Positions 1 through 12,632 of a stretch of 64,000 nt of DNA are shown piece by piece. The position numbers were made by a program, and so were the translations under genes. Within the stretch, counting starts at the first letter, position 1. Every line of letters starts with the position of its first letter. The notes beneath the pieces were generated by a model. It saw only the letters and a list, made by a program, of their open reading frames with translations, was not told where the DNA came from and made no database searches. Source of the stretch: Haliotis rufescens (Eukaryota); the NCBI RefSeq assembly GCF_023055435.1, contig NW_025963890.1, positions 53,010,001 through 53,074,000 of the forward strand, read 5' to 3'.

Positions 1-1366
1 GTGACTGTTGGAGTCACGGCCCGCTGCATATGGGGACAGCAATGGACACTGTACCACGTGCTAATTACTTCTAATTGATTTGCATAAGACACATGAATGG
101 ACATGGTGATTGGCTGATGAGGTCTGATAAGATTTGGGCCGACCTGCGAGTGATTAGACTTTTCGTTGATAACGAAAGTGGGCTGGTAGGAGAAGTCTCA
201 CTACTACCCTATCAAAACAAACCTTGCTATCACATTTTCGTTGAGATTTTCGAACACTTTAAGCCTCCAAAGTTTGAGCCTTTCCCATCCACTGGCTGTC
301 CGAACCCATTCATCGCCCGGCGATCGCCAGTCGCGACCAAGAAAAGGCATTATTCACGAAATATCCTACTTTCTTTGGTCTTTTGTATGCGAATATGCGC
401 ACTGTTTATAAACATATGTAAATCAGGTGGCAGGATGTACGGTGTGAATTTTTCCTAGCTCAGCGATTGGTCATCACCAGTATGATGTGTGTTTTCATTG
501 GTCAATATTTCTTTGTCGGCCATGTGCAGTTATCACGTGGTATTGTTTACATCGATCAGCTGTTTCTTACATACACAAAGAACACCTTATTTTGGCTTAT
601 CTGCGTCGGAGTTTTTGTGCCAACTTTCCATCCTGGAAAATATAAAGAATAGCCTTTGTGTTTTCATTAATTCCTTAGGTGAAGATAAACCGTCGGCTTT
701 TTCGCAACAAACTCAAGTTGTATACTTAGCATGTGTCTAAAAACTTTGACCAAAAGGTTGCACAGACATCTTTTTGCGTCGTTGTTGACTTGATGACGAA
801 GCTGCACATGTAACACAATACTCGTAAACAGATGTGGGTTGTTTTTGACGCGTGATTCACTGTTCTTTTTATCTCTCTAAACTGATTTTATGATAGCTTA
901 GAATATATATGTTAAGTCGGGTCATGCTGACCTTTCTACGAATAAATAAATAAACACGGAACTTACGCCAATCTAATTTGTGATCAATAACAAAGTCATG
1001 AAAATATGTTTTAATTAGTTAATGTCATGTTGAGAAATGAAAACATTTTAGCGTTGCACTTCAACCAATACCTCTGTTGCGATTGCGCAGAACAATATTC
1101 TTCCGTTCAGTACCCCGTGCATGCATGATGCTCCAGATGGGTCACAGTGACTGATGAATATTAGAAGTATCCACGCAGATGACGGAAAGGGACCCTCATC
1201 TACAACATGGCCGCCGTAACTACGTATACTGACACAGTTTGACTATCGATCATTGGTTTGTCTGGTCCAGATGGGATCACTGTACAAACAGACCACCTTG
1301 TTATAGCGGACTAGTGGACATTGCGACATCGAGTGCCGATTCAATTTGTACTGTATGTTGGCTGCT

Positions 1367-1594
1367 CCCCCCCCCCCCCCCCCCCCCCTACACACACACA
1401 CACACACACAATTACACATGCAAGTTATGTTTTTTTTGGTTAAATCTGTTTGAATGCGTGTGTCAGGTATGTCACATCAGATCTGACCGATCACAGGATG
1501 GTAAGACTTCCGCCCGTATCCCCCCTTCGAATGGAAAAAAAACCCTACATACGGTGATGTCTTTTTTCTTTTACAGTACATACAAACAGCTTTT

Positions 1595-1636
<42 letters not shown>
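1367..1636. repeat. Microsatellites: poly-C, (CA)n, (GA)n
   Basis: C-run at about 1367-1388, (CA)n at 1391-1410, (GA)n at 1597-1636. Confidence 0.9.
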
Positions 1637-1637
<1 letters not shown>

Positions 1638-2589
1638 GGCCATGCAATAAGTTATCACTGCCCACACTATATCTGTCGACATACTGCTGACGGAGTAGGC
1701 TGTGGCGGGTTCTCGGGGGCAGTGAAGCGGCATTACAATGACACATCACCGACCACACTATATCCGTTGACATTTCATCGTCTTGCCTCTTTAGCCTATG
1801 TAAATTTTATCTCGTGCAAGTCCTTAAAAATCAAACAATGAAGCGTTGTGTCGAAAAAACAAACGTATCTTAGGGTTAGCATACTCAGACTTTAAGAAAT
1901 AACGCAACATGCCCGATGTCTGTATTTCAGACTAATGTCATCAAGTGATATCCTAGGATTCCCCAAATGATGTCAGCCAGGAGTTTCCTCAAGTTATGTC
2001 CTCGAGAAATGTGAATGAATGAGTGAGTGAGTAAGTTGAAATTAACGTCGCATCGGCAGTATTTCAGCCATGCAGCGACGAGAACAAGTTTATATATAAA
2101 CAATTGATGAATCATGAATACAAAGTTATATTTAAAAAATTGTCAAACATATTTGGCATAACACTATTATTTACAACTGTTTAAAACACTGGCCTGGGAT
2201 ATACGGTGCCTCTGCTTCTCGCATCACTCACTTCAGCCTCTGGTGGTTGTGCACATTGCTAGCCTATATAAAAACGGCTCAGCAGTGTGTTGGCTTGTTG
2301 ATGATAGTTACATCGATTATGATAGGAATTACGTGTCACAGGGGGACAATCATCTTACGGCATTTTAACCCCCTGGACAGAGCCTTCAATAATCTTTGTT
2401 AATAAGATCACACCAAATTTGAAGACAAACAGTTAGTTATTCGTATACATATTTACAATTTATGATACAGACCAATTTTTTTCAAGTAGCTTAAGATGAG
2501 ATGCCTTCTTACACGGCGAAAAAGATCTGACATATATACTGTTTGAGAAGGTCCACACAGTCAAGCAAAATATGCTCGATGGTGCCTTA

Positions 2590-3135
2590 AGTGATGTCAT
2601 CCTTTGAAAAACCCAAATGAAATAATGGAACTTCCTAAAATGATGTCCTCGACTAATGTCCTCCTGGGAATTCCTCAATTGAAGTCCCCACGGGGCTTCC
2701 TAATGTCCTCGAGAAATGTCCTCCTTGGAATCCCCCAAATGCAGTCCTCATGGAGCTTCGTAAAATAATGTCCTCGAGAGATGTCCTTCTTGGAATCCCC
2801 CCAATGCAGTCCTCCTGGACCTTCGTAAAATAATGTCCTCGAGAGATGTCATCCTTGGAATTCCTCAAATGATGTCCTCCATAGAATTCCTCAAACAATG
2901 TCCTCGAGTTATGTCCCCCTTGGAATTCCTCAAATGATGTTTTCGGGTGAAATCCTCCTTGGACTTCCTAAAACGATGTCCTCGAGAGATCTCCTCCATG
3001 GATTTGTCTAAATTTATGCATTATAAATGTATACCTTCTCGTCACGATATGGCTGAAATACTGCCGATGTGACGTTACATATTAACTCACTCACTCACTC
3101 CTCCATGGAATTCCCCAAATGATGTCCTCTAGGGA
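2590..3135. repeat. Degenerate tandem repeat (ATGTCCTCGAGA..TCCTTGGAATTCCTCAAATG)
   Basis: Repeated GTCCTC and GGAATTCC motifs. Confidence 0.7.
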
Positions 3136-3137
3136 CT

Positions 3138-5154
3138 TGTATTGTAGAGGGTTAACCTGGAGACAGGTATGATATATCACCCATGTATTGTGGAGGGTTA
3201 ACCTGGAGATAGGTATGATATAACACCCACGTATGGTGGAGGGTTAACCTGGAGACAGATATGATATAGCACCCATGTATTGTTGAGGGTTAACCTGGAG
3301 ACAGGTGATATAACACCCCTGTATTGTTGAGGGTTAACCTGGAGACAGGTGATATAACACCCATGTATTGTTGAGGGTTAACCTGGAGACAGGTGATATA
3401 ACCCCCATGTATTATGGAGGGTTAACCTGGAGACAGATATGAACATGATATAACACCCATGTATTGTGGAGGGTTAACCTGGAGACAGATATGATATAGC
3501 ACCCATGTATTGTGGAGGGTTAACCTGGAGACAGGTATGATATAACACCCATGTATTGTTGAGGGTTAACCTGGAGACAGGTGATATAACACCCATGTAT
3601 TGTGGAGGGTTAACCTGGAGACAGATATGAACATGATATAACACCCATGTATTGTGGAGGGTTAACTTGGAGACAGATATGATGTAACACCCATGTTTTG
3701 TGGAGGGTTAACCTGGAGACAGGTATGCTATATCACCCATCTATTGTGGAGGGTTAACCTGGAGACAGGTATGATATAACACCCATGTATTGTGGAGGGT
3801 TAACCTGGAGACAGATATGATATAGCACCCATGTATTGTTGAGGGTTAACTTGGAGACAGATATGATGTAACACCCATGTTTTGTGGAGGGTTAACCTGG
3901 AGACAGGTATGCTATATCACCCATCTATTGTGGAGGGTTAACCTGGAGATAGGTATGATATAACACCCATGTATTGTGGAGGGTTAACCTGGAGACAGGT
4001 ATGATATAACACCCATGTATTGTGGAGGGTTAACCTGGAGACAGATATGATATAACACCCATGTATTGTGGAGGGTTAACCTGGAGACAGGTGATATAAC
4101 ACCCATGTATTGTGGAGGGTTAACCTGGAGACAGGTATGATATAACACCCACGTATGGTGGAGGGTAAACCTGGAGACAGGTGTGATCTAGCACCCATGT
4201 AGTGTGGAGGGTTAACCTGGAGACAGGTATGTTAAAGCACCCATGTATTGTGGAGGGTTAACTTGGAGACAGATATGATATAGCACCTATGTATTGTGGA
4301 GGGTTAACCTGGAGACAGATATGCTATATCACCCATGTTTTGTTGAGGGTTAACCAGGAGACAGGTGTGATCTAGCACCCATGTGGTGTGGAGGGTTAAC
4401 CTGGAGACAGGTATGATATAGCACCCATGTATTGTTGAGGGTTAACCTGGAGACAGGTATGATATAGCACCCATGTATTGTGGAGGGTTAACCTGGAGAC
4501 AGATATGATATAGCACCTATGTATTGTGGAGGGTTAACCTGGAGACAGATATGCTATATCACCCATGTATTGTGGAGGGTTAACCTGGAGACAGGTATGA
4601 TATAGCACCCATGTATTGTGGAGGGTTAACCTAGAGACAGGTATGATATAACACCCATGTATTGTGGAGGGTTAACCTGGAGACAGATATGAACATGATA
4701 TAACACCCATGTATTATGGAGGGTTAACCTGGAGACATATATGAACATGATATAACACCCATGTATTGTGGAGGGTTAACCTGGAGACAGGTATGATATA
4801 GCACCCATGTATTGTGGAGGGTTAACCTGGAGACAGATATGAAATAGCACCTATGTATTGTGGAGGGTTAACCTGGAGACAGATATGCTATATCACCCAT
4901 GTATTGTGGAGGGTTAACCTGGAGACAGGTATGATATAGCACCCATGTATTGTGGAGGGTTAACCTAGAGACAGGTATGATATAACACCCATGTATTGTG
5001 GAGGGTTAACCTGGAGACAGATATGAACATGATATAACACCCATGTATTGTGGAGGGTTAACCTGGAGACAGATATGAACATGATATAACACCCATGTAT
5101 TGTGGAGGGTTAACCTGGAGACAGGTATGATATAACACCCATGTATTGTAACAT
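3138..5154. repeat. 46-bp minisatellite (43- and 52-bp variants), about 43 copies, runs into assembly gap
   Basis: Unit GTATTGTGGAGGGTTAACCTGGAGACAGGTATGATATAACACCCAT. Confidence 0.95.
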
Positions 5155-5364
5155 NNNNNNNNNNNNNNNNNNNNNNNNNNNNNNNNNNNNNNNNNNNNNN
5201 NNNNNNNNNNNNNNNNNNNNNNNNNNNNNNNNNNNNNNNNNNNNNNNNNNNNNNNNNNNNNNNNNNNNNNNNNNNNNNNNNNNNNNNNNNNNNNNNNNNN
5301 NNNNNNNNNNNNNNNNNNNNNNNNNNNNNNNNNNNNNNNNNNNNNNNNNNNNNNNNNNNNNNNN
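5155..5364. other. Assembly gap (N-run)
   Basis: Run of N. Confidence 1.
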
Positions 5365-6159
5365 GGGTGGTCTTCTTCAAGACGGGCTTATTATGACCAT
5401 GATTTTCACTTGAAATAGTTTATATCACTACCGGGACGCGTGTAAGTGTTCATGCACACCTTTGTTGTTTACAGGCTCATAGTTATAAAGTAGGGTGTCA
5501 AGTCTCCATTACACACAGCAAGGTAGCGGGGAAAGGTCACGGTTATGTAGGGCGCTCAGACTCGCCTGCAGGTACACACTGCATGGCCAGCAACAGATAA
5601 CGTGTACACAGTACTACACACCAACTCCACATATAACAGCAACAGGAGGGGCATGGATTATATCAGAAAGATATCCACTAGTCCGATGGACCTAATGCAG
5701 TTAAAGCTCAAACAGATAATATGAAGTTTACCTACGGCTTTTCCATTGGACGAGCGGTCGGTCACACGACCGCGAAACCGACGTTCATTAAGAACTGACG
5801 CGGTTTTTACGTTTATAACTCCATAAACGCAAAAAAACATATGAAAGTCAATTCATATAAATAAATACGTCAACTATTATAACTTTAGAGATTGTTTTAT
5901 TAATCATTAACTCAAATACACTGGACAACAGTTCGAAATCAGTGACAGTGCAGAAATGCCCATTCTATTATCAGCCAATCAGGAAAGAGAAGTCCGTTTG
6001 TGGGAAAACCAAAACAAATCGATTGGTTAGCCAATCAAATGCTACGGAATCACTTGCAAGGTATTTATACGCGTACGAACTACACATTTTGACGTTCGTG
6101 CGTTTTTCAGGAGAGTGTATTCTTGTCTTTGCCAATCCGAACAGAAATTCCGATTCGAC

Positions 6160-7350
6160 TGCACAATGAAACACATCCACAAGAAGGGGAGCACAGTTGG
6201 TGCCCATGGGGATGCCTACTTCTTGCCCAAATCACGGTCTTATCCTCAAATGTTACAAAGATGCTATCAATGGGGAAGAGAATAACATGTCTTGAGGTTT
6301 TGGAGTCAAGTCAAAAGTTGATAGTACTGATGCATGTTTTAGGCCTTAAATGTATGACAAAAAAACACTAGCAAATTCATTGATCAAACGATCAATGTAG
6401 TGATGCTTACATATAATGGTTATGTTATTTGAGGCCTTGTCAGTGGGAACAGCTACAAACTTTTCATGTAGGGCAGCCAGACAGCTGCCTGGGACAGAGA
6501 GGGTTTATTTCAATTCCGTTTCCTCTTTCTAAATTTGTGCATTCTACTAATGACAACATCATGTACTGACTTAACCCACTCTGAAAGACATTCAACAGGT
6601 TCCTCTTCTCTTTTGGCACATTTTTTGCGTATTTTTCGACAGCATCCATAATGATTTTAAAGTTGTGATCCCAGTTGGTAGGAGGTTGCTCACAATATTT
6701 TGGTCCACACAGCTGGCTGGGACAGAATGGGTTTATTTCAATTCAGTGATATCCTTTTTGAGTTTGTGCATTCTACTGATGACAACATCCCGCACTGATT
6801 TGACCCACTATAGAAGACAGTGAACAGGTTCCTCTGCTCTTTTGGCCTATTTTTGGCATATGCTTCGACAGCATCAAAAATGATAATGTGACCCCAATTG
6901 AAAGGAGACTGCTCGCGATATGATGGTCCATATTTGAACTGACGAAGGTTGTCAACAGTAGAGAAGTCATCTACAGCTACAGGTTAATGGCAGCATGATG
7001 AGCCTTGGCAGCCACAAGTAGTGGAATGTACATCATGAGCTGCCAAGTCCACGTTCTGCACCACGTTCCTATAAGTGGGTGAAATGATGTTCGTCAAGGA
7101 AAATGAAATTGTTGGTGGTTCCTGAAATTATAAATATTGTGGGACATTTTCGGGAACCGATTTTTGTCTGAGAATGTTGCTTAAATGAAAGGCATCAACT
7201 CACTGTTTGCAAATTTCAAATTCAAGAACATGCGGTCTTTGTCTGCTTTAGTGGAGTCTGGTTTGGCCAAACGTGTCAAAGCAATATCAAGAACTATACT
7301 ATCTAGTCGATACTGTGGGCTCTTTCTGTTTGTAGTCCCATCCAGCAGCA
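6160..7350 (-). pseudogene. Degraded Penelope-like reverse transcriptase fragment
   Basis: GIPMGTNCAPLLVDVF motif at about 6170-6216, a PLE RT signature. Upstream frames are broken. Confidence 0.55.
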
Positions 7351-8499
7351 AAAGTTGCTAGAGTCGTATAATTTCTTTCAGTGACACAGCATAGTATTGT
7401 AATTTACACATACTGCTGCTACACAGTTTAAGCCATCCTATAGATAGACACCCGTCAACCGCCAGAGTCCCCACGTTCTCGCCTGATCCTGTCACTGATG
7501 GTAGGAGCCAAAACATAGGTGGTGACATTGTGTAGCCTGTCGGCGAACTGAGCCTTACCCTCGCAACAAAGGCGCTTACAAGATACCATCTTCTCGAGGC
7601 AAGGGAGTTTTCCACAGTTAACTCCCTTGCCTCGGGGAGATGACAATACAGATACCATCGAGTACGGTTATGTGAGAGGTTACACGGGCAATGTGGCATT
7701 TTAATCTAATCTGGTGATGCAGCAATGTGAAGTGATGCAGGTACACACACCACATCTCCCCCACTGATAGGTAGCATGAGTACACCTAGCCGGGCCTGAC
7801 TGTACATGCCGACGCTGATTGGCCATGCAGGGTGACACACTTGTGTGATACCTCGCTACATTGTAACAAGCTATTGTCCACTTTTTACATTCACTTTTGG
7901 GTCTTTATAAACGTCTTTGTTTTGACTTGAATGTTTAGTATCGTTTCTCTAAAAGAGTTTTTCTTCTTCCCCCGTGTTTATTAGTCTATGATCACTCAAA
8001 CCTCATTTGTCTTGTGTACTGTGCATTGATACAGAAAAGGTTCACATTTGATATAGTCTTTTTTGTTGAATATGTGTGCTATATCTTGAAGGGAGAAACG
8101 GAAAACATTTGTAAAATGCTATTGGAAATTATTGTTCGCCGAGGAACACCAGAACATGCTTGTAAAGCGTCACCCGTATTTTTACAGGTGTAAACATATC
8201 TATATGCCTAAGAAAAAAAATGTGTCTTTACCCTATACCTCACAGTCACATAAAACAACTGGATAAAAATCATCCACAAACATATGAGAAGAAATCACGT
8301 GGTATGCTCTTTGTCCCTCTATTGTATCTACATCATTACAGACAGTTTAACACGTGCAGGGAAGGCAGTTCTGAGATAGTTATACAACCCTGACACGTTA
8401 CACCATGTCCTGCTATTGGCCATCTAAAAGTGCATCCATGAGACCCTTCAGTACCAAAATAACTCCAGTAGTCTTTTCATTGGTTGATAATTAATCACT

Positions 8500-8752
8500 G
8501 AAATTGGAGAGGTCATTGTTCTTGTAGTCCATCAGATGAATCAGATGAAATAATCGGTTATCAGCAGAGATTCTTAGCTTTGTCAAAGTAAGATTCAATA
8601 TCATCTGTGAATATATTGAACAATGTCAGGGGTAGTATGAAGCCTTGTCTAACCCCTATGTTTGTTGCCGATATACGCTGTGAAGACTTCACATGTAGAG
8701 CCCATTTGTTGATACACATCACACTACCCCCTGTACACGGAGTAGCTGGCAC
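8500..8752 (-). pseudogene. Non-LTR (LINE) RT fragment
   Basis: GVRQGFILPLTLFNIFTDDI resembles the LINE RT motif GVRQGCxLSPxLFNI. Confidence 0.6.
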
Positions 8753-8864
8753 TGTTTCACAGACATGTTCTGTCTAGTTTCATGTCAGTATGACCTTTGC
8801 CCCCGACACAGGCTGACAGGGGATATCGGATCAGCTATTGTTACACTGACCGTTTAAGTGCTTA

Positions 8865-9535
8865 CACTGATATATGCGCAGTGTTCTATACATGTGATAT
8901 ATCGTATATCCGTACTGGTTTATGCTGTCGTATATCATATATTCGTACTGGTGTATACGCGTGGTATATCGTATATCCGTACTGGTCTATACTGTGGTAT
9001 ATCATACATTCGTACTGGGCTATACGCGTGGTATATCGTATATCCGTAGTGGTCTATACTGTGGTATATCATACATTCGTACTGGTCTATACGCGTGGTA
9101 TATCGTATATCCGTACTGGTCTATACTGTGGTATATCATATATTCGTACTAGTCATACGTGTGGTATATCATATATCCAAGCTGTCCTATGCATGTGGTA
9201 TATCATATATTCGTGCAGTTCTATACATGTGGTATTTCATATATCCAAGTCGTTCTATACATGTGGTATATCATATATTCGTACTTTTCTATATCTGTGA
9301 TATATCATATATTCGTACTGTTCTATAGCTGTGGTATGTCATATATTCGTACTGTTCTGCACATGTGGTATATCAGATATCCGCACTGTTCTATATATTG
9401 TGGTGTATCATATATTCGTACTGTTCTATAGATGTGATATATCATATATTCGTACTGCTCTATATAGATGTGGTATGTCATATATTCGTAATGTTCTGCA
9501 CATGTGGTATATCATAAGCCCGTACTGTTCTACAC
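8865..9535. repeat. 33/34-bp tandem repeat just upstream of the putative SELENOP first exon
   Basis: Unit approximately GTGGTATATCATATATTCGTACTGGTCTATAC(GC/T). Confidence 0.9.
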
Positions 9536-9624
9536 TGGGGGTCAGAGACTGAGTAGATCCCGTGATAAGACCGGAAGGGGTTAAAGGGTAAGGTTCACGA
9601 GTTAGCAGAAAGCCTGCACACATC

Positions 9625-9703
9625 AGCGCGCGTCACTCACCAGCTCCTCAGTTTGTGTGAGCTCGTCCCGGGGAGACCACGGCACATAGAGCGCTCCACT
9701 AAG
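9625..9703 (+). other. Probable non-coding first exon of SELENOP
   Basis: GC-richer patch ending in a strong donor AAG|GTAAGG at 9704. The ATG-bearing exon starts after an acceptor (tcctcag|, 12618), so an upstream exon is required. The TSS is approximate. Confidence 0.5.
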
Positions 9704-11999
9704 GTAAGGATTGTCGTCTGGTAGGAACCAAACAGTTTGCAAACAATTCATAGCGTACTAATATTAATCAGTAACTTGAACCATAGTTATTCGTTACGCA
9801 TTCAACTTTTGCGGTTACTGCGTTGACTCTAAGGACGGGAATCAGGTCCCCTCAAGATGAGACCCATAATTTGCCCCTCAACATCAGAATTTCAACTTGA
9901 CAGTCTGATCATCCAAGTCTGTCACACAGACCCGGAAACAAACATATCAATACAGCCCATGCAAGTCTAATATAGTGGGCAAGCTAAGATTACTTCAGTT
10001 TGTGAAAATGAAGAGAGTCTCTGGCTCCTTTTTATTAAGATATTTTAACAACTGTAAATTATGATCATCTCAGAGACTAGAAGTTGGTCTGTGATCCTCC
10101 GTTCATTTTAAGATGCAGCGTTTTTCGTTATAGTGATGGATGTACAGATGCTTGTGTTTCATCCTGTACTGTCTCCCATACATAAATATATATCAGTCAA
10201 TGTTGGGTGGCATCACGTGACGAGCGTTAAACAAGATTGTTGACGGTCATGATGATCGTTGTATATTACACAACAGCCCAATGCATAATCAACAGCCACC
10301 CAGTGCAAAACGCCCACAGTTTAGTAAAGAAACTAGAAACAGAAACGGGAGCGCCATTAAAACGTTTGACCTCTTGAACTCCAACGACTGCTTGTAGAAT
10401 GAATGACCTTGATCAGTCGTTGGAACGGGTCACGCTACGTGCACGTGAACTTAATCCACTAGAGAGACAACAATAGATGCAATCTCGCTGACATCTCATA
10501 CACAACAATCTTTTGTAATGGCCGAAAGTTTTATCTGCTAATAGATAACTGGAAGAACTCAACATCAGATTTATTGAGCTCACCTGACCCAAGTTTTTAC
10601 GCATAATATTTGCGCGTTATACTCTATATGCATGTAGTGTTATTTGATATAAAGATATGAGGCATATGCATAATCTGTACAATAACATCTGTCCGTCTTT
10701 TTTATGTTGAGTAATTTTGATTATTTTGGCCCTGTTATGCATCCAATGAATACACGTCCATAGTATCTATATCCAGGTGAGCTACGGTCTCTAAGGGTCC
10801 ATTATGCAACACATTTATATCTCCATTCCATTGTAATACAACTAATAGTAGAGAATGTCTCACGAGCTCTCTCTTAGCTCACCTGTCCTGACGTTGTCCG
10901 GCATCATGACTGTAGAATATATATATTTTTCTATGAAAACAAATCCAATCTAGATATATATACAAAAGCAAGTCAAGCCAGCTCTAGCAAGCTCTATTCC
11001 ACGTCAGCATCAGGAAAATTATTTGTTTTAATTATAGAAGAGAGCAATGTATCGTGCAATATAGACTATATTTTAGTCTAGTCCTTACGGTATTTGTCGA
11101 CAATCGTCGTGAAACTTTCGATGGATTCGGCTTGAAATCTCTTGTGGGTGTTTGTTACCATCAGGGAATTCAAGTTTGTTTGAGGCATCAAGCCTGCGGT
11201 ATCAGTATAGCAGCCAGAATCCTGAAACCTGGTGAAAGCGGTGTTCACTATTTATAGTTCCCTGTTAGTTCGAGGCATCGTGATTCAAAATCAAATATGT
11301 CTGCCAGCAGCCATATTTGAAAATATATCAACTCGCGCATCGTCCTCGGTAAACATATTCTTCCCTAAAACCATTCGGACCCAATGAACTGAACCACCAC
11401 ATGCTTCCCACCAATGATGACACCCCAATTCTTTCAAGAGGTTAGAACTAGACTTTCAATATGGCTCTCATGGCAGCCATATTGAAATATCTGTTTATGG
11501 CCGCTACTCATGAAGTTTTTTGTCATTAAGTTTGCTATATGTGTCGTTTGTAGTGGGAGCTCAACATATGTTTCGGTTGTATTTTGTTGTTGTTGCGATA
11601 TTTTAAATGTTTACCTTTATTTGACCAATGTAGTCTGAACTTATCTAAAAATGCAATTCTTTGCACTGCAATGTAAACAAGATGTCAGACACCACCAAAT
11701 CAATGAAGTTGAAACTTCACAAACTGGTCCCACCATTGATGAAGCCCCTTACTCAAGAGGTCGAATACAATTTTCAACGTGGCCGCTATGTGCAGCAGCC
11801 AAATTGAAAACCTATAGTTTCGGTCATTACTCGGCCATTTTTGTTCAACCTTTGCGTTTGAACCATACTCTTTAATTATCATAAAAACACTTTTGAGCTC
11901 TGTAAAACTTAGGTCCCCAGAACAACTGGACCAGTGACGCATCACATGTTTGTCCCCACCAACTAACAGTTTCATCGCAATTTGTTCAAGTGTCTCGGA

Positions 12000-12162
12000 G
12001 GGGCGGTCGGGTAGCCTAGTGGTTAAAGCGTTCGCTCGTCACGCCGAAGACCCGGGTTCGATTCCCGACATGGGTACAATGTGTGAAGCCCATTTCTGGT
12101 GTCCCCCGCCGTGATATTGCTGGAATATTGCTAAAAGCGGCGTAAAACCATACTCACTCCAC
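12000..12162 (+). mobile_element. tRNA-derived SINE (family A) in SELENOP intron 1
   Basis: A box TAGCCTAGTGG, B box GGTTCGATTCC and (ACTC)n tail. TSD TCAAGTGTCTCGGA at 11986 and 12163. Confidence 0.9.
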
Positions 12163-12632
12163 TCAAGTGTCTCGGATCCAATTTTCAAATGACCTCCTTC
12201 TGATATGGCAATCATTGGGAGTTGAATGTGTGTACTCAATATTTATGCAGAAAATACTATCAATGATGACAACAGGAACCTTTGACAGTTTAGACCATTG
12301 ACAGCATGGTAGATAATCCAAAGTGTAGCACTGCTTTTTTTTAATTCACCACATCAGCGTTTATGTGGATTTAAGTGTTTGTTTGTTTATTAATTAAGGC
12401 CGTACTCAGAATTTTTCCAGCTTTATTGCGGAGGTCTGTAAATAATCGAGTCTGGACCAGACAGTTCAGTGATTGATATCATGATATCACGCAATGTGGG
12501 ATACTATGACATGCATAGTCGCTTTTACGGCAAGTATGGGTCGCTTAAGAACCGGATCTTCAGGGTAGTTATTATAATGTGGATTATGATATTAATGACA
12601 TTGCTGTTTGTCCTCAGGTTGTTCACGCCACT

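Noticed and set aside
75-1070. ORFs at the window start and possible DNA-transposon remnant
   Set aside because: No recognisable protein motif, and no TIR pair could be defined within the window.
3138-5154. Regular repeats resembling a CRISPR array (also 32807-35210)
   Set aside because: The units are head-to-tail with no unique spacers, there are no cas genes, and the context is eukaryotic.
8797-9552. Tyr/Cys-rich ORFs (CGISYIRT repeats)
   Set aside because: They are translations of the 33/34-bp tandem repeat.
12000-12075. tRNA-Asp-like sequence (GTC anticodon; also 16407 and 27925)
   Set aside because: It continues into a shared SINE body and tail with TSDs, so it is a SINE head rather than a tRNA gene.
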